This document shows, piece after piece, positions 49,855-62,457 of a DNA stretch of 64,000 nucleotides. Made by a program: the position numbers and the translations under genes. Each line of letters opens with the position of its first letter. Position 1 is the stretch's first letter. Origin of the DNA: Methanobacteriota archaeon (GTDB lineage Archaea > Thermoplasmatota > Poseidoniia > Poseidoniales > Poseidoniaceae); contig JAYQHX010000002.1 in assembly GCA_038141355.1 (NCBI GenBank), forward strand, positions 1,214,478 through 1,278,477, read 5' to 3'. The notes beneath the pieces were generated by a model. It was not told where the DNA came from and did not search any database. It saw nothing but the letters and a program-made list of their open reading frames with translations.

Positions 49855-52800
49855 ATGTCGCGAAGGTTAAGCGCCGTTATATTGGTCTTTGTCCTTACAT
49901 TAGCGCCTTTAGCAAATTTTGCCAGTGCTCATCCAGACATTGGTGTCTCAACAGATATTAGCCATGTGATTTTATCACCTGGTCAAACAACAAATGTCAC
50001 ACTTACAGTGGATAATGATGGAGATTCTATCGAATCATATGAAATCAACATTACAGACTATGATTCTGTTTGGGAAATTATTCCATCCAGCAATAATTTG
50101 TCAAGTGTAATTCCAACTGGTTCAGCATCTGCTACTATCGTGGTTAGATTGAGCACTGATGCTCTACCATCTAATTCTGGATCGATGAACATCACCGTCA
50201 CAGAACCTGATGCTGGAATATCGTCTTCAATAATTGTTTATCTATCAGTGCAGGCGGTATATTTACCAGCTATCGATACATCCTTGACTGGCGATAACGG
50301 CCTTGTAGAAATTGAACCAGGACAAGATTCTAACTTGTCGATTATGGTTCAAAACTCAGGAAACGTTGACGATACAATACTTCTTTCAGTTGACCAAAGT
50401 CCAGACTTAGTTGGCTTTTGGGCAAACTGGACGAGCGGAGGAAATAATTCAAACAACAATTCTGGCAACGGGACCGGAAATAATACTGGTGGGAATAACA
50501 CTGGAAATGGAACAGGGAACAATACTGGTGGAAATAATACAGGAGGAAATGGTTCTAACAACGGTTCAATGATGATGTCTGGCCCTGTTGGCTGGCAAGT
50601 TAGATTCACTGATGATACCATGGATATGATGGCTGCACACGAAATCAGGTATGCGACCCTTCGCATTACAATCCCTAGTAATGAAGTTCCAGGATACTAT
50701 GGATTTGACCTGTATGCTGCTAGTGCATTAGGAAATTTTTCGGTCAAATCTACTCTTGTTGTTGAGGTGACGGCCACGCATGACTTGGAATTCAGCATAA
50801 CAAACGGCATTGATTTATTGCCAGGATCTAACACGAGTTCTGAAGTTGAAATCACGAGTCTATCGACTGCAGATGGCAATTGGACATGGACTGCTTCAAC
50901 CGAATCCATGGGATGTTCCGTAGAACTTGACCAATATCAAACAACGATTATGATGGGATCAACTAGCACCTTGAATGTAATTACCACGGTTGGACCAAAT
51001 AATAACGTAGGTGATGAATGCCAAATCGAATTACAAGGTACACTTGATTCAGATTCAACAATTACTGAAACCTACCAATTCACAGTGTATGTTGGAGAAA
51101 ATTGGGGATTGAGTATGGTCATTCCAACATCTATTAAACTAGATGTCGACACATATGAGACATTCAATATTGCAATATCGAATGATGGTACAGAAGAAGA
51201 TACAATCTCTCTTATCGGAATCGACCAAGAAGGCATTACCTTCGATAATCCTGAACCGGTATCACTCGACAGAGGTCAATCACAATATGTCAGTGTAGGA
51301 GTGACGGTTGATTCTTCCATTGTAGGAAATATTACTCTTCAGTTTTACATGTCATCAACAAACAGTGGCATAGATGGGGTATTTGCTAATGGGACATTTG
51401 AGGTAAAACCATTCTCCATGTTATCTGTCAGTGGACCTCAAGATAATCGATTGATAATCGCCCCAGGAAGCAATTCCTCAATCACATTAAACATAACAAA
51501 CTTAGGAACTAGAACTCTAGAACTGACTCCCAGTGTAATTGGTCTGCCTAGTGGAGTATCCATCTTGTCGGGATTGGATTCTCTCACAATAGATTCCGGT
51601 GAAACTGTCGATGTTGTATTATTAGTTGGAGCAGCGACTAGTTCTGTTCAATCATCATCAATGTTTGAAGTGAAATTTACAAGTTCTTGGACTGAGGCTA
51701 GTATTGAATTGGAACTCCAAATCGTTGACAGAAAAGAAGTATCAATTGATTCGACTAAAAACAAAATTTACGCCTCTCCGATTGAAGATTCGAATATCAC
51801 GCTAATCATAACCAACCTTGGCACTACAGGTGATAATTTCATCATAGATGTCGATACATCAGAAGTGAGTGATTGGTTCAGTATAGGCATTAGTACCCTC
51901 TCAATGAACCTTGATTCAGGAGAATCTGGAATTGTTGAACTATCCGTAAGAGAAACTGCAACAGGTGCACCGCTTGGAGGAACCGATTTACTAATCTCCG
52001 TGGTCAGTGTCAATGATTATTCAATCAGTGATGACTTCACTCTTGAGATTATTCCACAGGTTTCAGATGGGATGCTTACTATTGCTTCGAATGTCGATTC
52101 TGGTGAACCCGGAGAAAATATCCGTGGAACAATTATCATAACAAATATGGGGACCTCTTATGACACTCTATCCTTGACAACTGTAGAGTTGGATTGTACT
52201 CTAAGCAAAACCAATGTTAGTTTGGAGCCAAGTATGTCATCCGCTCCAATCGATTGGAGTTGTACTATTCAGAGGATGCAAATGCAGGCGTTTATGCACT
52301 TACATTCAGACTAACATCTGCTGCAAGGTCAAACATGATCATAACCGGAGTTGAAGGATATGACGTCGAACCTGTTTGGGGAGATACAGCTGTTGAATTT
52401 GAGATTGAAAATGCAAACTTGGTATTTGATAAGAATAATGAGCAACAAACCATATCCCTAACAATATGTAATATTGCAAATACATACATCCAAGGTAGTT
52501 TGGAATTAGTCGGTAAAAATGAACCGCAAATGGATGGAGTTTTCTATCGTGCAGGTGAAACTGGAATTAATGCAACATACAGCCTTTCGAGTGGAGGTTG
52601 TCAAGACTTCAGATTGATGCTGACTCCATTGAATATGGATGGATTTGATGCTAATTTGAACATTCACGCTATTAGTCAGATTGATGGAAAAACCATCAGA
52701 GACGAGTCTCAACAATTGCGAATGGCAGTCTCGGGACCACATGTTCCTCCGGATGGAATCAACCTTGGATTCCTAGAATTAGATAACAAAAATTCAATGA

Positions 52801-53057
52801 TTATTCTTGCCAGTGGATGGGCTTTAGCCGCTCTTTTGCTGCTCTACATCAAACTATTCAGAAAACCTGTAGAGATTGAAGCGGAAGAAGAAATTGAGGA
52901 AGAAATTCCACTTGGTCCTAATGAGGTTAGAATCGATGAATACAACAAAGTGACTTGCACATCCTGTGAATCAAGATTAGGGGTGCCACAAGATTCTGAA
53001 CCACCGTTTAGGTTCACCTGCCCTAAGTGCCAAACACGAATTAGAGTTGTAGAATAA
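49855..53057 (+). CDS. Multi-Ig (NEW3/COG1470-like) membrane-anchored protein with C-terminal Zn ribbon (-1 indel at ~52268; ~1067 aa joined)
   Basis: Signal peptide, repeated I.N.GN..D motifs, TM MIILASGWALAALLLLYIKLFR, then CTSC...CPKC. Confidence 0.8.
50437..50568 (+). repeat. In-frame Gly/Asn/Thr low-complexity repeat
   Basis: GGNNSNNNSGNGTGNNTGGNNTGNGTGNNTGGNNTGGNGSNNGS. Confidence 0.9.
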
Positions 53058-53058
53058 T

Positions 53059-53842
53059 CTACTTTCTTTGTGCAATCAGTAGGAACGCTGTGTGCCCAAA
53101 TGGACCATTTACAGGCCTCACACCGCCTTTGGATGCTTTACCCCATTGCCTTTCAATAATCTCGCCAGCCCATACGACTTCAAGTCCAGCCTCTTCGCAT
53201 GAAAAGCCATGAATTTTCCAATTGGCTCGTAACCGGGCAATAACAAGCGATTCTTCCGCCAATTTTCAATAGAGGAGCACATGAATTGACAGCAGGAGTA
53301 TGATCTGGCAAATCTAAGATAATTGCATCAAAAGTTAATCCATCATTTGCTAGATTTTTTGCTGCATCTTCAACTGAACTGTCATGATGAACATGATTTG
53401 GAAAATCTGTCCATAAATTTCTTGCCCGCTCTAAATTTTCTAATCCAACAGCGGAATGTTCGCTTCTTGATTCAGCTGTGTGTAATTCACCACTTTGACC
53501 AAGAACTCGGCAAAGATGTAATGAAAGACCTGCGCTACCCAATCCCGCTTCTAGAATTTGATCACCAGCGCCAATTCCTAACTTAGAAATTAGAACACCA
53601 GCATCCTTGTCAGATATTGTTTGAGCACGTCTCTTCATGGATGCGATAACTTCGGGAAGTCTAGGAGATACCACAACCAAGTTTTTATTGCAAATTTCGA
53701 CAATGTCTCCATGATTCAGTTGAGAAAGAACTTGATGAGAATTGATAATTCCCAAACCTTTTACCTTTCTATTTTCATCTACTAATTCGATGCAGTATGT
53801 CTTTCCAGACTCTTCTTGAAGAAGAACCCAATCATCTGCCAT
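53059..53842 (-). CDS. trmI: tRNA (adenine-N1)-methyltransferase TrmI (+1 indel at ~53205; ~260 aa)
   Basis: RRAQTI..KDAG, LEAGLGSAGLS, IILDLPD, CYCP; C-terminus ERQW..VRP....GHTAFL in the second frame. Confidence 0.88.
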
Positions 53843-53941
53843 AGTACACCGTGCTTTTCGCTTATTTATTGATGATTCTAATAATTTAAAATTGAACTTG
53901 AAAGCGCTTTGTTCTTAAACTATGAAAATACACCGCAAGAC

Positions 53942-56900
53942 ATGAAGTCTAGCCCTGCTTTTATCTCGTCCTTACTTGTCGTTATATTTTTGTCAAGTTT
54001 GTCTGCGGGATTCTTTACCACAACATATGTAGAAAATCAACCTGAATTGGAAGAAGAACCAATGGTTGCCCAAAGTCATGGAACTCACGCAACCAGTCCA
54101 GGTCACGTAGTTTTCGGACAGTATATCTCATCTGATAACTGCAGCCACTGCTCTAAAGTTGGAGGTGGTTCAGATGCCCACCACTCAATCAAAGAAACAT
54201 TCCCTGATGAGTATGTGTACGTGACTTACATGTCTTCTTCTTACGGAGACACTGACACCGCAAGAGCAGGAAATGTAGCACCATACAATTGGGCATGGTC
54301 AACAGGTGGGGCGCCTGACGCATACTTCGGCGACAGAACAGATAAGAATCAAGGTGGAGCCAACGCCCAATACACCACATACGATTCACTTTTCTCGTCC
54401 GGTGGAGGAATGCACAGCACTGTAAACGACTACGGGATGTCTGCTGCAATTAGCCAAAACGGAAACGTTTACGACATTAGCGTTGGATACAAGTACAAAG
54501 GATCAGGAACACCAGCATCTAACATGAAGTTGTATGCTGCACTTGTTGACAAGGATTGTACAGGTTATTCTTATTCATCAGGAATCCCTCACGGATACAA
54601 CTGCTGGATGGCTTGGCTTACTTCTGGAGACACATACAAATCCAAGAGTTCCGGAACTGGTTCTTCTTTCGCAAGTGTATCAGTCACTTCTACTGAACAG
54701 TTTACCACATGGTCATCAGTACCTACAAATGTTGTCCCTGGTGGAATTAACAAGGCAATCGTAGTTGCTGTACTAATGGCAGGAAATCAAGTATCTGTGG
54801 GAGGCACAAGCCCTCACGTTTACCACGCAGTCGATTCAACAATGGGCCCTGTGATTGATGTCGGAGTCAAGTCTCTAACTGTGACCAACTCAAATGCTCC
54901 AAACGGAGGGTACATTAACGGCGATATGCTTGACTTGGAAGCAACCATAGCAAACAATGGTGACGAACCATACCTTGATGGAGGAAGTGTCAAGTTCTTC
55001 TACAAAGATGGAATCACAAAGAATTACGTCGGTGGAACACAGAGTTTGTCAAGTTTCACCACATCTGGTGCAACACAATCTTTCACGCAAACAATCGACA
55101 CATCCAACCTTCCTGCAAACGCATATCAAACATCATTCGGTGTCGAAATAAACGGTTTGATAGATGATAAATATCCTTCAAATAATGAAAATACACAAAC
55201 CGTCCCTCATGACCTTGCTCCTTCAGCAAGAAAAGCTCAGGTAATTGGAAGCAATGAGATTTCAAGAGGCGACAACTTCCTGATTGAGGCAAAGGTCACA
55301 ATTAATGACGCCGTTGACCTAAACACTTCCTTCTATACGTTGAAGTAGAATTCTCACCTGCTGGCCAAAACCAATGGCTTGGCGGTGAAGAATATGTTGT
55401 AGGTGGCGAATCAGTGTACCAAGAAGGAACTTCCAATGAACACAGGCAATACCTAATCAAGCCAACAATGGAAATGGGCGCCGGAGATTATGACATCAGA
55501 ATTCGTGCTATGGATTCTAGAATGCAGGTTAGTGATTGGCAAATCACTGAAGATGCATTTGCCCTGATGAATGCAGTCCCAACCATCACTGCAGAACCAA
55601 TTCCAACCGTCAAGGTCCAGACCTCTACAAAGGTTTCAATTGTTGACAATATCAACGATGCAGAGACTCCACGAGGCGACTTGGTGATTTCAAGTTCAAG
55701 CCCTAACTTCGTTGCATGGCATGCAGATACCGAAGAAATCGAAGTATACTTTGAGAACATTAAGTATGTCAACGGCCAGCCAACTGCTACTGGAATCGAA
55801 GTTTCAGTTTCTGACGGCATCGATACAGCTTATGGAACACTCTTGTTCAACGTCATAGAAAACGGACAACCTCGCTGGGCAGGTGTTGCAAAGCAATTTG
55901 TTGATGAAGGTTCATCCTCTTCGACAAATCTGCTTCCATATATCTCAGATACAGATGAACAAGGCAATCCTGCTTCAACTGATGACATCGTTCTAGCAAT
56001 TGTGGATAACACAAACCCTGATTTGCTAGAATTTGACTTGAGAGGTTTCACTCTGAACTATGCAACTTCTGATGATGATGTAAACGGAGAAACAACTGTC
56101 ACAATTCGTGCAAGCGATGGATCACAATACTCCGACCAGATGATTACAATCGCAATCAACCCAGTCAACGACGCTCCAAGATTAGACTTGTCCGAGTATG
56201 AAGGACTAAGGCTGAAGGTAGGAACTCAGAAGGTAATTTACCTATCAGAGATTCTAACCGACATTGATGGAAGTACTGACGATATCACTGTCACAGCCAG
56301 CAATGAAGTACCTGGAGCAGCAAGATACAGTTTCCTAGACAATACACTAACAATGATTTGGGAACAGGAAGGAATGCAAACCGTGACTATTCAGGTTGAG
56401 GACAGGTATGATGCTCAAATTTACCATTTAGAAATCGAGGTTTACGACTCAGTACCTCTGCTAGTGGGTTCAGGACCTGATGCGGATGTGACTATCGAAG
56501 CATCAAACGTTTACAAATTTGAACAGCCAGTTGTGACAATGTTCCTCAACAAGGATGATGTGACTATCACTTCTCTATCTACAACATGGCAATTGTGCAA
56601 TGGAATGACTGGTGTTTGTTCCATCAACAGTGTGATTGAACACGACATTACACAAAAGAGCCTAGGTTGGACATACGACCCACTCGGCGGACAATTAAGC
56701 GCGGAGGGTATGCTTCACCAAGACTACATCACCCTTGCCAAAGTAGTTGCGATGTCTTCCAGTGGTGAGAAGTTCCAATATCAGGGAACTTCAATCAAGT
56801 ATACTGCAGAAGAGGAAGCACCAGGCCCTGAGTCAATGACTGAGGAGGAAGTAATCAGCCTGATCGAAACCTTAGATGAAGAAATTCAGACTCTAAAAGC

Positions 56901-57372
56901 AGAAATCGCTGCTCTTGAGGCTGGAAGTCAGGCTCATAACGCTGCAACAGCAGAATTGGCAGACCTAGAAGCTGACAGAGATGAGGCTTGCCAATACACT
57001 ACTTGTGACGAAGCCAAGTCTGCTGCGACTGATGTTGCAGAAGGCGGTCTTGATACAACCATGATTCTAATCATCGTTGGAGTTGTCATCGTAGCCCTTC
57101 TAGTTGGAATCATGATGATGAGAGGCGGAAAGGGCGAAGGAGTGGAGGTCGTAGATTGGGCTAACTCACTACCTGCTCACGACACTGTTGCAAACTCAAT
57201 GTACGGAGGAACACAAGAAATCTTCCAACAACAAGTAGCACCACCTTCTGCAGTAGCACCTCAAGTTCCAGCAGGAGCACCTCCTCTTCCACCTGGTGGA
57301 TTACCAGCAGGCTGGACAATGGAACAATGGGCTTACTACGGCCACCAATATTACGACCAATACAATCAGTGA
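53942..57372 (+). CDS. Surface protein: thioredoxin/Omp28-like CxxC domain, CARDB/Ig and cadherin-like repeats, coiled coil, TM, PxGW tail (-1 indel at ~55335; ~1143 aa joined)
   Basis: SSDNCSHC, ATIANNGDE, PVNDAP, heptad-rich LDEEIQTLKAEIAAL, TM ILIIVGVVIVALLVGIMMM, tail PLPPGGLPAGWTMEQWAYYG. Confidence 0.78.
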
Positions 57373-57394
57373 TGGAAAATCTACAGGTTGAAAT

Positions 57395-59509
57395 ATGCCT
57401 GAAGATACACAAACCCATAAAATGGTCCGGATAGGAGGGATACATGTGCCTGAAGACGAATTAGTGAATGAAGCGGCTTCCTCTGCCGAAGATGAGGTTG
57501 CCGACGAAGGCCCTGTCGAAGAGGAGCCATTGGTCACTATTTGGAGTCCAGAGTCAGGAAACAATGTGGACTTAAACGAGACACCTGTAGATGAATGGGT
57601 GCGAAGTATCGATTTCGATTCAACAGAAGATGTACCAATCCCTGAGAGGCTTGTCGACCAAGTAATTGGACAAGAGGCCGGTTCTGTCGTTATCAAAAAG
57701 GCTGCTGAACAAAGAAGACACATGATGATGATTGGAGACCCTGGCACTGGCAAATCAATGCTAGCGAGGTCTATGACCGAACTCTTACCCCAAGATAAGT
57801 TAGAAGATATTCTATGCTATCCCAATGCGGATGATGAAAATGAACCAAGAGTTCGAACAGTTCCCGCTGGTAGAGGCGATAGAATCGTTAAATCTCAAAA
57901 AGAAGCTATTCGCATTCAAAAAGAAAAGAGCCAAAAAATGCTAATGATCGGTTTCGTGGCGATTGCATTTTTGTTGGCAATCGTTGCAATACAAAGCGGA
58001 GATATCCTAACATTACTATTTGGAATGCTTTTGCTGATGTTTGGATACATGTTCCTAAGGTCCCGATTAGGTGGCGCTGAGGAAAACAGAATCCCAAAAG
58101 TATTAGTCAAGCATCAAGCAAATGATGCACCGCCATTCGTTGATGCAACCGGTACACTATCTGGAAGTTTACTTGGTGATGTAAGGCACGACCCTTTCCA
58201 GAGTGGTGGCATGGAAACTCCAGCCCATGAAAGAGTTGAGCCTGGTGCGATTCACAGAGCACACGGTGGAGTTCTTTACATCGATGAGATCAACTTGTTA
58301 AGACTCGAAGAGCAACAGGCCTTGTTAACCGCTATGCAAGAGAGAGCGTTTCCTATTTCAGGGCGCTCTGAAAGGTCTAGTGGTGCTCTAACCAAAACAG
58401 AGGCTGTTCCATGTGATTTCATACTAATCGCAGCTGGAAATCTAGACGCTATTCAAGGCATGCACCCTGCTTTGAGGAGCCGTATTCGTGGATATGGATA
58501 CGAAGTTTACGTTAACTCACACATGCCTGATACAACGGCTAACAGAAGGAGACTGATACGATTCATCGCTCAAGAAGTGAGAAGAGATATGGGTACTTCC
58601 AGAGAAATTCCACATTTCGATAGGTCTGGTGTTTCTGTGATTTTACGTGAAGCACAAAGAAGAGCAGGTCGAAGAGGAAAACTCTCACTTCGTCTTCGTG
58701 AATTAGGTGGATTGGTTAGAATCGCAGGAGATCTAGCATGCGAAGAAGGTGCACAATATACCACATCTAAGCATGTCTTAGCCGCCCGTAATATCGCTAA
58801 ACCATTAGAGCAGCAAGTCGCTGATAGAATGATTGAAAGAAGGCAAGAATATTCTCTAGTTGTAAACTCTGGAAATAGAATTGGAAGAGTCAATGGTCTT
58901 GCAGTCCTGGGTGCTGATTCTGGACTTTCCGATTACAGCGGAATCATGCTCCCAGTAGAAGCATTGGTTACCCCGTCTTTGGGAGGCGGTGGAAAAGTTC
59001 TTGCCACAGGTGGGCTTTCAGATTTAGCGAAAGAGAGTGTGACCAACGTGAGTGCAGTAATCAAGAAACTCACAGGAAAAGATGTTTCAGATTACGACAT
59101 TCATATTCAGTTTGTAGATACACACGGGGTCGATGGAGATTCCGCTTCCATTACTATTGCAACTGCGATTATTTCCGCATTGGAAAACATCCCAATTAGA
59201 CAAGACCTAGCAATGACAGGTAGCCTGTCTGTAAGAGGAGAAGTCTTACCTATTGGAGGAGTTACTGCAAAGATTGAATCTGCTGCTAAATCAGGGATTA
59301 AAACCGTGGTAATACCAAGAGCAAATGCTCAAGACGTCCTCCTAGACCAGCAATTCGAAAGTATCGAAGTAATTCCAGTAGATACACTGGATGAAGTAAT
59401 GGAACATGCGCTGATTGTCGGCGAGAATAAAACCAGCCTAGTTGAAAGACTAACAGCTGTTATTGACAGATTAACACCTGATATTACTGCAAGTAAACAG
59501 ATGTCTTGA
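57395..59509 (+). CDS. lonB: Archaeal membrane-bound ATP-dependent protease LonB
   Basis: GDPGTGKS, two-TM insertion, YIDEI, DGDSAS catalytic Ser and GGVTAK Lys. True start may be GTG 57446 (GGAGG SD-like site at 57434-57438). No intein. Confidence 0.96.
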   Translation: MPEDTQTHKMVRIGGIHVPEDELVNEAASSAEDEVADEGPVEEEPLVTIWSPESGNNVDLNETPVDEWVRSIDFDSTEDVPIPERLVDQVIGQEAGSVVIKKAAEQRRHMMMIGDPGTGKSMLARSMTELLPQDKLEDILCYPNADDENEPRVRTVPAGRGDRIVKSQKEAIRIQKEKSQKMLMIGFVAIAFLLAIVAIQSGDILTLLFGMLLLMFGYMFLRSRLGGAEENRIPKVLVKHQANDAPPFVDATGTLSGSLLGDVRHDPFQSGGMETPAHERVEPGAIHRAHGGVLYIDEINLLRLEEQQALLTAMQERAFPISGRSERSSGALTKTEAVPCDFILIAAGNLDAIQGMHPALRSRIRGYGYEVYVNSHMPDTTANRRRLIRFIAQEVRRDMGTSREIPHFDRSGVSVILREAQRRAGRRGKLSLRLRELGGLVRIAGDLACEEGAQYTTSKHVLAARNIAKPLEQQVADRMIERRQEYSLVVNSGNRIGRVNGLAVLGADSGLSDYSGIMLPVEALVTPSLGGGGKVLATGGLSDLAKESVTNVSAVIKKLTGKDVSDYDIHIQFVDTHGVDGDSASITIATAIISALENIPIRQDLAMTGSLSVRGEVLPIGGVTAKIESAAKSGIKTVVIPRANAQDVLLDQQFESIEVIPVDTLDEVMEHALIVGENKTSLVERLTAVIDRLTPDITASKQMS

Positions 59510-59561
59510 GTAAACACTCAACACGGGATTACCTCAAGTATGTGTAATCTTTGTAGCGACT

Positions 59562-60974
59562 ATGGGCGAAGTTGGGCATGACTCAGCGACATCTAATTTC
59601 CAAGAACGTATTACGATATTCTCCCACTCACTAATTATCATAGCAGTGATTTGTATAGCAATGATTCATCTTGAGAGTGTTTTGAAACCATTCTTCATTG
59701 CATTGGGTATTTATTTTGTATTGAAACCGGGGGCAGACAAACTTTCAAAGAATAATTTCCCTGTTTTCTTATCATATTTGACCATGCTAATGTTATTCAT
59801 TCTGATTATCACCTCAGCAGCATTCTTTGCATGGACTCAAGTTCAGGGCCTAGTTGAGGATGAAGACAAACAGTCAGAGTATGATGATAAACTTGACATC
59901 CGTTGGAAGCAACTCAAAGATTTCCCTGTTATTGGAGGAATGATAAAAGACACAACCGGAGATGATACTGACTCATTTGCCTCTGGTCTTCAATCACTAG
60001 GTATTGGTTCTGGTGGAGGAACCTCTGACTTAATCACGTCTGTAGTTAGCGAAATTGGGGCTGTGATTACCACAAGCATAACTGTACTATTTTTCTTGAT
60101 TTTCATAATTTTCGAAGCACACTTACTACCAGGAAGAATTGAACGTGCATGGCCTGATTCCAGTTCCAAAAAGATGGCAGTTATTCAAAATCAAATCGAG
60201 GAAGGCATCAACACATACATCATTGTAAAGACCGGTTGTGGGCTTGGAAGTGCAGTTGTTGCAGCGATAGTAATGATGGCTTTCGGAATCGACCTTTGGT
60301 TTGTTTGGGCAGTTCTAACATTCATTCTGAATTATGTTCCATACATCGGTTCCCTTATTGCTACAATTCCACCTCTAATTATTGGGTTGATTTTGCTAAA
60401 ACCAATTGGACTAATTGTACTGGCATTACTTCTTCTAGTCAATCAACAAGTTTGGGGAAATTACATAGAAACAAAATGGGCAGGAAGAGCATTGGACTTA
60501 TCGCCGGTAATTTTGCTATTGATTACTGCATTCTCCTTCTGGCTATGGGGAATTGTGGGAATGGTTTTGGCAGTACCGCTCTTCGTTATCGTTAAAATCG
60601 TATTAGAAAACATTGAGGAAACAAGACCTATCGCAATTCTACTTTCTGAAAGAGCACCGACTCTTAACGAAGCATGGCTTGATGCACTTAGAGATGGAAA
60701 CTTGTCGATTGGGGAATATCATAAGTTTACCGAATTACAGAAGAGTTTGGGCGTCTCTGATAAAGAAGTCACACGTATTTCAGGAATTTCTGCAATTAAA
60801 ATAATTAGCAAAAGAGGCAGAGCAAGACCGAGTGAAATCGAATTTGTTTTATCTGCTGCAGTTGGAACGGTGTATTACGATTTGTTCGAAGAAAATCTAA
60901 CCACTGGAAAGATATCTCAGACAATGAGAAAAGACCTTGACAAATTGAAAGATTTACTTTCAGAAGAAGAGTAA
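59562..60974 (+). CDS. AI-2E family transporter with C-terminal cytoplasmic extension
   Basis: LKPFFIAL..YF.L.P, YIIVKT, LNYVPYIGS, GNYIE.K, LSPVILL, WG..GMVLAVP. Confidence 0.9.
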   Translation: MGEVGHDSATSNFQERITIFSHSLIIIAVICIAMIHLESVLKPFFIALGIYFVLKPGADKLSKNNFPVFLSYLTMLMLFILIITSAAFFAWTQVQGLVEDEDKQSEYDDKLDIRWKQLKDFPVIGGMIKDTTGDDTDSFASGLQSLGIGSGGGTSDLITSVVSEIGAVITTSITVLFFLIFIIFEAHLLPGRIERAWPDSSSKKMAVIQNQIEEGINTYIIVKTGCGLGSAVVAAIVMMAFGIDLWFVWAVLTFILNYVPYIGSLIATIPPLIIGLILLKPIGLIVLALLLLVNQQVWGNYIETKWAGRALDLSPVILLLITAFSFWLWGIVGMVLAVPLFVIVKIVLENIEETRPIAILLSERAPTLNEAWLDALRDGNLSIGEYHKFTELQKSLGVSDKEVTRISGISAIKIISKRGRARPSEIEFVLSAAVGTVYYDLFEENLTTGKISQTMRKDLDKLKDLLSEEE

Positions 60975-61244
60975 TCACAAAGATTCTCTAAGTAATTTTT
61001 CCAATTCGGTGTTGATCATTAGAATCAGAGTTCCGAATTCGGGTGGAATGTTTGGATCTTCATACAATTCTTCCAATTGATTTTGGGTCATAGCGATTCT
61101 GACATCCATTTCTTTTGCCTTATTTAGCAACCAATTTTCGCATGACTCTTTAGCACCTTTCCTAATATTTCTTGGCACCTTAGGGTCATCGATTTGATTG
61201 ATAACAGTCGCGATTTGTTCTAATTTAGTTTCAATATCGGACAT
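60975..61244 (-). CDS. UPF0147 family protein
   Basis: IDDPKVPRNIRK.A.E, LEEL..DPNIP; GGTGA SD-like site before ATG 61244. Confidence 0.85.
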   Translation of the reverse strand: MSDIETKLEQIATVINQIDDPKVPRNIRKGAKESCENWLLNKAKEMDVRIAMTQNQLEELYEDPNIPPEFGTLILMINTELEKLLRESL

Positions 61245-61323
61245 GACCATCACCTGCACAAAGACTCGTGCAACCCTTCGACTGAAGTGTCGGATTTAAG
61301 TTAATTGCCGCATTCCGAGTAAT

Positions 61324-62307
61324 ATGGAGTCCGGAGAAATCATCGCTTGGACTCGAATATCTGTACTGATTTTAGCCCTCGGAATTGCTGCCTGGTTAGA
61401 CCATAAAGAAAGAAGAGTACCAAACGAATTTTGGATTACTTGGTCTAAACCCGCTATTTTTCTTTGGACACTAGATTTGTTGAATCAAGAGGCTGAGTGG
61501 TACATTTTCGCCTCAGCAGCAGGAGTTGTTGCATATGCTTCAATAGCCTTAATCGGTAGACCAACATTCAAAGATATCAAAAATGGAAATCGACTTGATA
61601 TTGCTGTTTCGGTATGGTACATAGTCGGTATATTTGGAATTGCAGTGGGCATTTCAAACCATTACACAGATGACTTAGTAGCAATTTTGAATGGAGAAGG
61701 TGAACATCAGGCTCAATTATGGTGGTCAACTGTCGCTGTTTTCATTCCGATTGCATTAATCGATTTTGCCTGGCGAGCGAGATTAATCCATGGGGGCGCT
61801 GATTGTAAAGGTTTGATGTGGGCATCAATTCTCATTCCATCCTGGTCAAGTATTCCTGTGATATATCCAGAGACCATTGATTCTACAATTATCGCTTTGC
61901 CGCCAGCAATTGCATTGCTAGTTTGGGGAGGTTTTGCTTTCTTGATTTTACCATTCATTATGGTTATCAAGAATCTGAAAGAAGGAAATACAAATTTCAG
62001 ATTGATTTGGCACGCTGAAAAGATGAATGTAAATGATGTAATGAAATCACATGTTTGGTTGTTATCAAGCATTGTAGAGATGCCGAGTGGCGATAAGAAA
62101 ATTGTTCACAAAACTAGAGCGCCTTCTAAGACTCCCACAGTCGAAAAGTTGCAACAAAGCATTGACCAACTGATTGAAAATGATGTAGAGAAGGTTTGGG
62201 TCACTAGGAAATATCCGCTACTAGTTTTCCTTTGGCCAGCAACCTTACCCCTATTGTTGGTAGGAGGGCCGATGGCAATTATTTTGCCTGCAATTGGCTT
62301 AGTATGA
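61324..62307 (+). CDS. A24 family prepilin/prearchaellin peptidase (FlaK/PibD-like)
   Basis: First Asp in WLDHKERRVP, GxGD-like HGGADCK, C-terminal VWVT...P.LV. Confidence 0.82.
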   Translation: MESGEIIAWTRISVLILALGIAAWLDHKERRVPNEFWITWSKPAIFLWTLDLLNQEAEWYIFASAAGVVAYASIALIGRPTFKDIKNGNRLDIAVSVWYIVGIFGIAVGISNHYTDDLVAILNGEGEHQAQLWWSTVAVFIPIALIDFAWRARLIHGGADCKGLMWASILIPSWSSIPVIYPETIDSTIIALPPAIALLVWGGFAFLILPFIMVIKNLKEGNTNFRLIWHAEKMNVNDVMKSHVWLLSSIVEMPSGDKKIVHKTRAPSKTPTVEKLQQSIDQLIENDVEKVWVTRKYPLLVFLWPATLPLLLVGGPMAIILPAIGLV

Positions 62308-62457
62308 TCAAGCACCCTTTCGCTCAATGTTCTTAGGGCGTAGTCCCTTATAGCTACACTTTCTACAGGACTTGGCTTTGACTGCATTTCTTGCATTACA
62401 CTTCATGCAGATGCTTCGCTTTAGCATGCGGGCTTCTGCTTCAGGGAATCGAGCCAT
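62308..62457 (-). CDS. rpl40e: 50S ribosomal protein L40e (49 aa; below the ORF-track cutoff)
   Basis: Manual translation [49 protein letters not shown]; CxxC-x10-CxxC. Confidence 0.96.
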   Translation of the reverse strand: MARFPEAEARMLKRSICMKCNARNAVKAKSCRKCSYKGLRPKNIERKGA

